Part shown: positions 17,998 through 26,901 of the stretch, piece after piece
How the letters are laid out: each line of letters begins with the position of its first letter
How positions within the stretch are numbered: the first letter of the stretch is position 1
DNA from: Bacilli bacterium
GTDB lineage: Bacteria; Bacillota_I; Bacilli_A; RFN20; CAG-826
Reading direction: 5' to 3'
NCBI GenBank assembly: GCA_017619815.1
Contig: JAFZRR010000062.1
Span: 18,963-82,962, forward strand
Length of the DNA: 64,000 nucleotides
Position numbers and translations under genes: made by a program
Notes under the pieces: model-generated
The model's input: only the letters and a program-made list of their open reading frames with translations
Told to the model about the DNA's origin: nothing
The model's database searches: none

Positions 17998-20900
17998 ATG
18001 AAACAAAAACAACAATCCTCATTAAGAACATATATTTCTAAGAGTTACTTAGCTTTAATCATTATCGCAGCGGTGATGATTATTTCACTAGGTTTATTCT
18101 TAGTTGGTTTTATCGTTTTAGATGGAACGCTTCAATTAGTATTTGAAATAGTGGGTGGCTCTCTCTTACTACTTTCACTTATTGGAGTATTTGTTTTATT
18201 CATTCTTTCATCCGAAAAACAATATAACTTGTTCTATAACACCCTTTACAAGGGAAGTATGAAGAACTTAGAAGCTATTAAAGATAGAAATTTAGAAGTT
18301 GATCAAATTCCTGATGAATCAGTGAAAGAATTCCAAGAAATTAACGAAATCTTCAATGATATTAATGATCAATATAAAGGCAAAATTATTACTTCTAAAG
18401 AAGGCGATATTGAGAATATCCCATTAGAATACTTTGATGATGAAAAAGTATTGGTCAGCTATGACTCATTGATGAATAACATCGTTGATTTAATTATTGT
18501 TACCAAATCATTTAGAAATGCTTTAGTGGAAATCTATTATGACTTACAAGCGGAAGATATCTCTGAAAACGATGAGAAGAGAATCTTAAATAAGATTAAA
18601 GAAGGTCTTCAATATAAGAACTTATTAATTTCTAAGAACAAGAAACAAAATGGTTTCATTATTTATGTTCCTGTCTTTGATAGTGTTTCTCAACTTCAAG
18701 AAGAAATCGAAGGCTTGTTCCGTCACATTTCTATTATCAAGAGAACAAATGAAGGTAGAAAGATTGTCGCTCCAAAAGTAGCGATAGTTATTTATCCATA
18801 TTCTTCACCAGAAAATATGGTCAATGATTTAGCAATCGCAAAGAGAAGTGATAAGACAATTAATGTCTTCTTACCATCTAAAGAAAATAAAGCTAATAAT
18901 TCTCCATTATTCGAAAATCTCAATGTTAATGAATTAGCAAAGATATCTGAAAGATTGGATTTATTAGATATCGATGATGTTGATGGTCAAAAAGAAATCA
19001 ATCGCGCCTTGAATGATATTTGTAATTACTTCTCATTCACATCTGTTGGCTACGCAAAACTCAATAAAGTTAAGAAACAATTCCTTTGTGAATATTCATA
19101 TTCTCCAGAAGAAAAACACTTAGTATTACAAGAAAAACCAATCTCCGCGAAGTTTATCAATAAATTAGTGGAAGTTAAAGATAGTGATCAATCTTACTAT
19201 TTCAGCAATAGACAACACCTTAATGATTCTTTAGCGGCGTTTATCGATAGTCACGAAATCAAATCTGGTTTGTTCTATCTCGTTATGAAAGATGGTATCG
19301 CTGTCGGTGTTATTTACTATCTCAATAACGATAAAGAGATGGAATACGATTGTTCCATCAAGCAAGGTTTAATTAATATTTCCAACAAGATTGGTAATTA
19401 CATCAAATCTATTGATGATCAACATATCGCAAATATCAACGCGAAGAGATTCCAAGAAGTCTTAAAACTCAATAATGATATTCTCTATTCTGTTAACCCA
19501 GATGATTATTCATTATTCTTTGTGTCCGCAGCGCTTCAATCTATTTGTCCAAGTGCACAAATAGGTGAGAAGTGTCATAAAGCCTTATATGGTAGTGATA
19601 CTCCATGTAAAGCTTGTCCACTTGTGACCAAGAAACATATGGTGGAAATCTTAAAACGTCGTAAATTTGAAACTAGTGTCGTTTTACATAACTCCGAAGA
19701 TAAAGCGGAACACCTATACTTAAAACCAATGGAAAAGAATAAGAATACAAGTGACTTGTTCTCACCTGATTTCTTAATCAATTCCTATTACTCCTTCTGC
19801 TCATACTTAGAAGATGAATTCGCCTTAGAACATGAAGGTGAAATCTTATTCTTAAATATCGATAACGTTCCTCAATTAATTAAATCATTAGGTAACGATG
19901 GTTATATCAAGGCGATTAGAAACTTCTTTGATGCTATTAGAGAAGAAATTGATATGAACTTAACATTATATTTATATAAGAATGATAACTTTGCGTTATT
20001 ATTCCCAAGCAGTTCAAAAGAAGATGTTATCTCTTTAACCGAATCCTTGTATAGCCTTGCTAAACAAAATATGGTGGGTAGCAAACAAGCTGCATTAAAC
20101 ATTTCTTACTATGACTTCAAATACCCTGAATCAAGCAAGGAATATAAATTATGGATAAATCATGCCGAAAAAGTCATGACAGGTCTCAGAAGAGGCAAAA
20201 AGACCGATTTAATTTACTTTAATGAAGATAAGTACACTAGAAGTGCTTCTAGAGAAGAATTCATGCTTCAAAATGTTCTCGAAGCCTTCAAGAGAAAGAA
20301 ATACTTCATGGAATATCAACCAATTGTTGGCAATAGAGATAGAGTTATCCATGGTGCTGAATTATTGCTCAGATTAAACGATCCATTTACCAATGCTCCA
20401 CTTAACATTGGTGAGGCAATCAATATCGTGACCAAACACAACCGTATTGATTTGGTCGCAGAAGCTATGACTGATTGTCTAGAAAAATTATTCCAAGTTG
20501 CGGATTTACCATTCTTCCAATCCATGGGCCTAGAACATTTATCTGTGAACGTTGATTATCAAACATTATCTGATAAATCATTTATTGAAAGCTTTGATTC
20601 TTTAACCAAGAAACATAACGTTCCAAAAGGATTTATCTGCTTTGAAGTTCCTGAATCTGACATTATGGATCATTATGATGAATTTAGAGATTTACACTTC
20701 GAAAACGAAGTCTTGGTGTGTGACCAATATCATGGTGAACTCTTAAGACTTGACCAATTACAAGCTATTGGATTTAAAGAAGTTAAGATGTCTAGAGACG
20801 TTATCTTAAATATCATTAATGATGACGTTGCCTTACAACGCGCGAATGATGTTTGGAAGTTTGCAAACGAAATCGGTATGTTTGTGACATTTGTCGGTGT

Positions 20901-21051
20901 TGAAAAACGTCAACAAGCTGACTTATTACATGATGATGTCCGTGATAGTAACTTCCAAGGTCGATTCTTCTATTCCCCAATGAGTGAAGAGAAGTTCTTC
21001 AAGACATTACGTGAATCCTCAATTAAATCAATTGCGGATTTAGATAACTAA
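17998..21051 (+). CDS. large membrane-anchored protein with a C-terminal degenerate EAL domain (candidate c-di-GMP sensor)
   Basis: There are 2 N-terminal TM helices and a Cys cluster, 'CPSAQIGEKCHKALYGSDTPCKACP'. The C-terminus 'EYQPIVGNRDRVIHGAELLLRL' is EAL-like with the catalytic E retained, but the DDFG(T/A)G metal-binding motif is replaced by 'DQYHGE'. 'FVGVEKRQQ' and 'QGRFFYSP' are retained. Confidence 0.65.
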   Translation: MKQKQQSSLRTYISKSYLALIIIAAVMIISLGLFLVGFIVLDGTLQLVFEIVGGSLLLLSLIGVFVLFILSSEKQYNLFYNTLYKGSMKNLEAIKDRNLEVDQIPDESVKEFQEINEIFNDINDQYKGKIITSKEGDIENIPLEYFDDEKVLVSYDSLMNNIVDLIIVTKSFRNALVEIYYDLQAEDISENDEKRILNKIKEGLQYKNLLISKNKKQNGFIIYVPVFDSVSQLQEEIEGLFRHISIIKRTNEGRKIVAPKVAIVIYPYSSPENMVNDLAIAKRSDKTINVFLPSKENKANNSPLFENLNVNELAKISERLDLLDIDDVDGQKEINRALNDICNYFSFTSVGYAKLNKVKKQFLCEYSYSPEEKHLVLQEKPISAKFINKLVEVKDSDQSYYFSNRQHLNDSLAAFIDSHEIKSGLFYLVMKDGIAVGVIYYLNNDKEMEYDCSIKQGLINISNKIGNYIKSIDDQHIANINAKRFQEVLKLNNDILYSVNPDDYSLFFVSAALQSICPSAQIGEKCHKALYGSDTPCKACPLVTKKHMVEILKRRKFETSVVLHNSEDKAEHLYLKPMEKNKNTSDLFSPDFLINSYYSFCSYLEDEFALEHEGEILFLNIDNVPQLIKSLGNDGYIKAIRNFFDAIREEIDMNLTLYLYKNDNFALLFPSSSKEDVISLTESLYSLAKQNMVGSKQAALNISYYDFKYPESSKEYKLWINHAEKVMTGLRRGKKTDLIYFNEDKYTRSASREEFMLQNVLEAFKRKKYFMEYQPIVGNRDRVIHGAELLLRLNDPFTNAPLNIGEAINIVTKHNRIDLVAEAMTDCLEKLFQVADLPFFQSMGLEHLSVNVDYQTLSDKSFIESFDSLTKKHNVPKGFICFEVPESDIMDHYDEFRDLHFENEVLVCDQYHGELLRLDQLQAIGFKEVKMSRDVILNIINDDVALQRANDVWKFANEIGMFVTFVGVEKRQQADLLHDDVRDSNFQGRFFYSPMSEEKFFKTLRESSIKSIADLDN

Positions 21052-21067
21052 TAAAACAAACAAAAAA

Positions 21068-21100
21068 GATGCCCAATACAAACAGGGCATCTTTTTCTTT
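21068..21100 (+). terminator. rho-independent terminator at the end of the + operon
   Basis: The hairpin GATGCCC-AATACAAACA-GGGCATC is followed by TTTTTCTTT. Confidence 0.75.
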
Positions 21101-21103
21101 ATC

Positions 21104-21158
21104 TATTAAAAAAGCTGGAAACCACCAGGTACATGACCGGTCTTGATACGAATCCAGC
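21104..21158 (-). terminator. rho-independent terminator at the end of the - operon
   Basis: On the - strand the GCUGGA...UCCAGC hairpin is followed by UUUUUUAAU. It is convergent with the previous terminator. Confidence 0.5.
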
Positions 21159-21202
21159 ACACATATTAAAACAAAGCATTATATTTTATTCAATAAGATT
21201 TG

Positions 21203-22516
21203 TTATTTCTCTTTCTTGACTGATTTCTTTTCTTTGCTTTTCCTGTTGATAATCAAACTCCTAAAGAAGTGCACTAAGAAGGTGATACAAACCACCAAGA
21301 CAACTATTTGAAGAATTGTGACGTTAAATAGAACCGCGATATATTTAGCCACTTTTGGTGCAAAATATGTACTGATTGCGGCGATTTCAAGTAACGAGAA
21401 GAATGCGCTTAATAGTGATATATATCCAACACCTAATTTATATGTATTGTTTTCTCTTCTGCTAACTCTAATGGTTTTAATCGCGTTAACAAATCTTAAG
21501 ATACCAAATGGAGCGATGATGAATAAGAATAATAAGATGTCTTTTCCTAATGTTGCGTCTGTTGTCATTAAGAATATTGCGGCGAATGTAATAACACCAG
21601 AGAAGAAGAAATAGGCAAAAGCATTGAATAAGAGTATAAAAGATGATTTGCGGTTTTCTGCAATTTTATTATCGCCAACTTGTTTCAATATCTTTCTGTG
21701 CCACAAGTAGTTGATTAATCTTATTAAACCTGTACCAAGATAGAATGCTGCTAAAACGATATAAACCCAGTGTTGTTTAGCATTTAATAAAGCAAGGATT
21801 GCTAGATACACTGTAAAGATTAATCCAAAGAACATTGCAACTTCATGTTCATTAAACCATCTAATGGTATGTTTGATTTTTGCCCCTGTAGAGAGTTCTT
21901 CTTTGGTTTTACTACGAATATCTGTGGATAACGCTAAAAGGGCGGCAATAATCGTAAAAGTGGCATTTAAGGCTACATCTATGATGTATACCCAGATAGG
22001 TTTATCACTAAAAGTGAATGTAAACGGATTTAAATTCTCTCCTGGGAAGAATTGATTCATTAACACTAATTCGAAAATAAGTATTAAATAAAATGAACTT
22101 AATAAATCATTATTACGATATGCATGTGAAAGTGGTGCATAGTTTTTCTTAATAGATATATGAAGTATTAATGAAATGAATAACTTTAATAACGCTACTC
22201 CACCAAAGATGAGATATGCAAGTGGCCAATATAACATTGTGTTATTTGGATCATTCCACAATGACATCACAAGTAAGTAGTCCATCATAATAACGACACT
22301 TATGACTTGGAATACACCTTGTACGCGCATGGCTTTATATTCATCTTTGATACCCATTGGAACAAAGATAAATAATCCTTCAAACATGAAGTGAACACCG
22401 ATAGTTATAAACCACCAGTTTTGAAGATATGAAAGATAAAAACAAAATCCGCCGATAGCGAAAGATGCTATAGCGGATATTATTTCTAATAAGATTGTTG
22501 AAGTTTTATTTTTCAT
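21203..22516 (-). CDS. polytopic membrane protein (about 12 TM), last gene of the riboswitch-2 operon
   Basis: It is hydrophobic throughout with a basic C-terminal tail, 'RKSKEKKSVKKEK'. No known family was recognised. Confidence 0.5.
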   Translation of the reverse strand: MKNKTSTILLEIISAIASFAIGGFCFYLSYLQNWWFITIGVHFMFEGLFIFVPMGIKDEYKAMRVQGVFQVISVVIMMDYLLVMSLWNDPNNTMLYWPLAYLIFGGVALLKLFISLILHISIKKNYAPLSHAYRNNDLLSSFYLILIFELVLMNQFFPGENLNPFTFTFSDKPIWVYIIDVALNATFTIIAALLALSTDIRSKTKEELSTGAKIKHTIRWFNEHEVAMFFGLIFTVYLAILALLNAKQHWVYIVLAAFYLGTGLIRLINYLWHRKILKQVGDNKIAENRKSSFILLFNAFAYFFFSGVITFAAIFLMTTDATLGKDILLFLFIIAPFGILRFVNAIKTIRVSRRENNTYKLGVGYISLLSAFFSLLEIAAISTYFAPKVAKYIAVLFNVTILQIVVLVVCITFLVHFFRSLIINRKSKEKKSVKKEK

Positions 22517-22566
22517 AAATCTTATTGTATAAGGATTGTTTTGATTTTAGTAGTAATAGTGCATCA

Positions 22567-25500
22567 TCAAGGCGTATTATTAGCCGGAATGGTAATTGAT
22601 ATCGTGCCAGTGTAATAAGTTGTCGATACACCATTTACTACAACGACTAATGTAGTGGCGTTGTTATCGTATTTAAAGAAGTTGATTATCAATGGTTCTG
22701 TTAGAACAGTTTTTGTTGAGTCAATAGTAACTGTGTAAGTTGTTCCTTGGAATGTTACATTGATTCCAACCTTTTGACCTGTTGCTGTGACATCGTAATA
22801 AATACTTAATGCGGAAAAATCAACTTGTTGTCCTCCAGCAACCGAACCTGTAAATGCGCCTGTGTTGGCATCATATGAAGCGCTTCTATAATCAACTTTA
22901 CCTCCATAGCCAATGTTGCCAGGAACAGCATTAAATGTGAACGTAACGTTTTCAATATGAACATCTGGAGAAGCCCCTAAGACGACTAGATATTTAGTCA
23001 TATCAGGATCATCAGCGGAGCAGTATTTAAATGGTTCAACAGCATCACCTACACCCTTAATACATGCATAGGCTAATGATTGAATATTTATTGCATTGAT
23101 ATTAAGTAAATATGACTTCCGGTCATTTGAAGGGCTCGTATCAACTGCCCCTGCCTCAACCAGATTTTCCGTCGTACCATCCGCTAATTTAAAGTATGGT
23201 ATTGTACTTGTCGAAGTACATTCAAATATCAAGGTACCCAAATCCCTTGATCCGTTATTATCAATCAATAGTGTGATTGCATTTTTGAATTGAACAGATG
23301 GGTAGAAATTATCGCCATTTGAAGGTGCAGAAATTACTGATGGACTTTGATTCATTTTCATGTATGTAGAATGATATTCAATATTTGGACCAACAGCATC
23401 CATACGGAATGGTTCAAAGTCATTGATTAAATCACCAACATATGTTGCCTTGTCAGCACTTGATTGTGCTAATTTATAGAGCTGAATTGAGGTTTGATTG
23501 CCGGTAAAACATGAGAAGTATCCGCTGTTCCACCTTGAATAATATTGTATTTTATTATGCGTGTAATTGCCTTGTGAAACAATGCTTGCCGTTCCATCGG
23601 TTAAAATAGAAATTGACCAGTTGGCATTTCCGTTAGTATCTGGTGTTGCCTCCGTTCGTAAATAGTTTTGGCTGGACGAACAGGCATACAAGAAGCCATT
23701 TCCAGAGTCAAATCGCCAACCAGTTTCAGTTCGGACAATGGTAAATCGTTGTGCATTGCTCGGCACGTTTTGAGCTTTAACGTATGGCGGTGCAAAGTTT
23801 ACGCTCGACGATCGATTTCGATAGTTGCTCGCTTGCGAGCCCATAAAGTAGTGGGTCGGTGTATTACCGCTTCCTGTCTTTGCGGCAATCATGACTTGAT
23901 CACCACTTTTAATTTCGCTAACAATATTTACTCTCTTCCAAACTTCTATCAAAGCATCAAAATATTGAACTTTACTTTGTGTCGTATTGAAATACACGTT
24001 ATAAGAAGGATTGACTGTAAAATTTGTATATTTTGCATAATCTGTTGGACTATTTTCTACATCTGAACCTAATAAGTCATAATAAGTCACTGTTTTAAAT
24101 GGGTGAATCGTGCCTTGAATTTCAATTGTTTTTGAAATTGTAAAATGGACGTTTTGAATGGTTTGACCGATTTGTTGCTTGTAAATATAGAACCAACATC
24201 TAACATTTGGATATCCATCATAGTCGTTATTAACATTTTCATTACTAAATCCAGTTGCGCCAGCAGCAACTACTTCAGGTTTTGCTAGATATGAAGATAA
24301 TGAATATGTAGCGAAAACATTACTTCTAATGTTGTAACATAGATATCTATCTGGATCACCGACATTTTGGAATCTATATCTTGTATAATATCCAGATTGA
24401 ACATATGGATCGAATTTCCATTGCGAATAAGGAATTCTATTTGAGTGTCCTTCTTCGTAGATTGTGTCGTAGTCGAATGTTCTTAGCCAGTTGGATCCAT
24501 TGGTTCCGTGTTCATAAACACCGTCGCCTTTTGGAAATGCTAAATAACCAGTTCCGTCATACAAAGTAAAAATTGTTTTTCCATCATTTGGATCTGTTCC
24601 AACTTCGTCAAAAATAAGTTTGGCAACACCGGTTGTTTCGTTTAAAACATAACCGCTTGTGTCTCTAACTTCTTTAACTTGTAAAACAGCACGGTTATTT
24701 TGTGTTTGTGTTCCCATCGCATAGTCGAGAGAATATGTGCTTGTTTGTTCGCCCTTATAACCAGCAATAACTAAAGTTGAGTCATCTACGATTTCTGATG
24801 AGTAGGAAGTTAATTTATAGTTAATAGCATCAGTTAATGTTGTTGTTTGCTCTTCGATATAATCACCAATAGTAAAGAATCCACCAGGACATTGAGCAGT
24901 CATTTTGTGACCGCCAAAAGCGCCAGCAGCGTTTGTAATATTTGAACCTTGTAAAGCACCCTTGTATGGGCCAGCAGTACGTCCAGCATTAGCATCAAAG
25001 TCATCGTTAACGTTGCGCTCATTACCTGTGAATTTATTATCAACTGCATCATATGAAATTTGAGTTTTTGGACCTCCAATAGTGAATTTCATTGGCATAT
25101 GTCGTTTGTTTGTTTCAACTTCTATTCCTTCTTCTGGAACGAAAATAGGAGTATGAACTAAATTTGCAGCCAAATATGGTTCGTCTGAATTAACGTTTTG
25201 TGGTGAATATGTGCAAAGATATTTTTGCCCAACTGGAGAATAAATATAGTAATCATTTTCGCCTGAACATTCTGTAAAACGGGAAACACCGTTACTGCCA
25301 AAAGATGTTTTAAAGCAGAAATAATAATCATCCGTTTGTGGTGGAGTACTACTCGTCCATTCAACCGGTAACATCTTGTCGTAAGCACCGTTTGCGCCTG
25401 CAACATAATGCAAGAAATATTTTTTGGTAACACTGTTGACTGTTTGTTCAAAAGAAATAGTGAAACAGTTTAATTCAACTGTGCCTTGTGATGATTCGTT

Positions 25501-26883
25501 TGTGGCGACAACTTCAGCATATTTCCATTTTTCGTTTGTGGCATCATAGAAAATGTAAGAGCCGTCATTCATGCCATAGAAATCATATCTACTTTCATTA
25601 CCATGGTTAATTGGTTCTGTTGGATCACCATTTTCATCAACACCATATTCAATATATACTGGCTTTTCAGTTAAAATGTTTTCTGGTTCGACGTGTTCAA
25701 TTCCTTTATAGTGTTGAGCATTATCGTTCGGATCGTAATAACGGATATATTTAGATGAACCGGCATCACCAGAAGAGTAACCTATTGATGATAATGAATA
25801 TGGTTTTGTCCCGCTATTACCATCTTGTCCAATTGTGTAAACTTCATTTGAAGAAGAAACAGCATTGCTAAATGTTTTGCCTGGACTTGTTTCGCTTGTA
25901 TATCTTCTAGCTAATGGGTTGCTATAACCTGTTGAGTATGTATAGGCTAGTGCATCATATGCGTTAGATGCAACTAATTGAGATGTGTAACTACTAGAAT
26001 CAGATGTCGATTCAAGAGGTTCATCAGTATGACCAAAATAACCATATGTATTGATCATTTCATATGTGTTGTTTCTGTCGTTATATATAACGCAGTTGTT
26101 TAAATAAACGTTATAGAAAACATTTGGATTATAAACATGTCCTGCTAAATATCCAACATATACGTGAGATCTATGCGCGGCATGCCCAATAGAACCAGGA
26201 GCATCACCAACAGCACCACCAGCATTAATGGATGGAGAATCAAAATATAATTCATTCACGACAGCATTTGAGGCAACATAACCAAAAATGCCAACATCTG
26301 AATATCCAGAACCATCAATATGTAGATTTTGGACTGTTAAATTATGACCGATTATATGACCTTCAAAAGGATGTCTTGCAGATCCTATAGGAGCTAATGC
26401 TAAAGAACCACTGTAATACTCCATGTTTAAGTAAGGAGTATATTCGCCTTCTTGAATAACACCATTATCGTTGTAATCATAGAAAAGATAAGGATATTCT
26501 GTTGTTTGCTGACCGTGTGGAACACTTGATGGTTTGCCAAATTGTTTTCCAAATTCAAAATACGTATTATTATCGAAACCATATTCGCCACCTTCATGCA
26601 ATCTAACCAAATTGTAATAGTGGACTGGCCTTGTAATGACATATGGATTATTGGCACTACCATGAGGATAAACACTCTCATCAATTTCGCCATCTCTTCT
26701 ATCGAAGTAACTAGTCAAAATAGAACTAGGAATATTTGTTTCTGGCTCAATTGTTTCCATGGCGCTAAACCAAGAAACGGTCGAAATAATTAAGGCCGCA
26801 CTTAAAGTTGCAATCACAGTCGATAATAATGTGATTAATCTTGCTTTTTTACTTCTAAATATTTTTAATTTTAGCAATTTCAT
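22567..26883 (-). CDS. giant secreted/surface protein (1438 aa), S/T/N/Y-rich, with a SipW-cognate-type signal
   Basis: The N-terminus is 'MKLLKLKIFRSKKARLITLLSTVIATLSAALIISTVSWFSAME'. It is low-complexity and adhesin-like. It lies 18 nt downstream of the 1491-aa gene. Confidence 0.65.
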   Translation of the reverse strand: MKLLKLKIFRSKKARLITLLSTVIATLSAALIISTVSWFSAMETIEPETNIPSSILTSYFDRRDGEIDESVYPHGSANNPYVITRPVHYYNLVRLHEGGEYGFDNNTYFEFGKQFGKPSSVPHGQQTTEYPYLFYDYNDNGVIQEGEYTPYLNMEYYSGSLALAPIGSARHPFEGHIIGHNLTVQNLHIDGSGYSDVGIFGYVASNAVVNELYFDSPSINAGGAVGDAPGSIGHAAHRSHVYVGYLAGHVYNPNVFYNVYLNNCVIYNDRNNTYEMINTYGYFGHTDEPLESTSDSSSYTSQLVASNAYDALAYTYSTGYSNPLARRYTSETSPGKTFSNAVSSSNEVYTIGQDGNSGTKPYSLSSIGYSSGDAGSSKYIRYYDPNDNAQHYKGIEHVEPENILTEKPVYIEYGVDENGDPTEPINHGNESRYDFYGMNDGSYIFYDATNEKWKYAEVVATNESSQGTVELNCFTISFEQTVNSVTKKYFLHYVAGANGAYDKMLPVEWTSSTPPQTDDYYFCFKTSFGSNGVSRFTECSGENDYYIYSPVGQKYLCTYSPQNVNSDEPYLAANLVHTPIFVPEEGIEVETNKRHMPMKFTIGGPKTQISYDAVDNKFTGNERNVNDDFDANAGRTAGPYKGALQGSNITNAAGAFGGHKMTAQCPGGFFTIGDYIEEQTTTLTDAINYKLTSYSSEIVDDSTLVIAGYKGEQTSTYSLDYAMGTQTQNNRAVLQVKEVRDTSGYVLNETTGVAKLIFDEVGTDPNDGKTIFTLYDGTGYLAFPKGDGVYEHGTNGSNWLRTFDYDTIYEEGHSNRIPYSQWKFDPYVQSGYYTRYRFQNVGDPDRYLCYNIRSNVFATYSLSSYLAKPEVVAAGATGFSNENVNNDYDGYPNVRCWFYIYKQQIGQTIQNVHFTISKTIEIQGTIHPFKTVTYYDLLGSDVENSPTDYAKYTNFTVNPSYNVYFNTTQSKVQYFDALIEVWKRVNIVSEIKSGDQVMIAAKTGSGNTPTHYFMGSQASNYRNRSSSVNFAPPYVKAQNVPSNAQRFTIVRTETGWRFDSGNGFLYACSSSQNYLRTEATPDTNGNANWSISILTDGTASIVSQGNYTHNKIQYYSRWNSGYFSCFTGNQTSIQLYKLAQSSADKATYVGDLINDFEPFRMDAVGPNIEYHSTYMKMNQSPSVISAPSNGDNFYPSVQFKNAITLLIDNNGSRDLGTLIFECTSTSTIPYFKLADGTTENLVEAGAVDTSPSNDRKSYLLNINAINIQSLAYACIKGVGDAVEPFKYCSADDPDMTKYLVVLGASPDVHIENVTFTFNAVPGNIGYGGKVDYRSASYDANTGAFTGSVAGGQQVDFSALSIYYDVTATGQKVGINVTFQGTTYTVTIDSTKTVLTEPLIINFFKYDNNATTLVVVVNGVSTTYYTGTISITIPANNTP

Positions 26884-26901
26884 TGTTCGACCTCCTTATT
26901 A

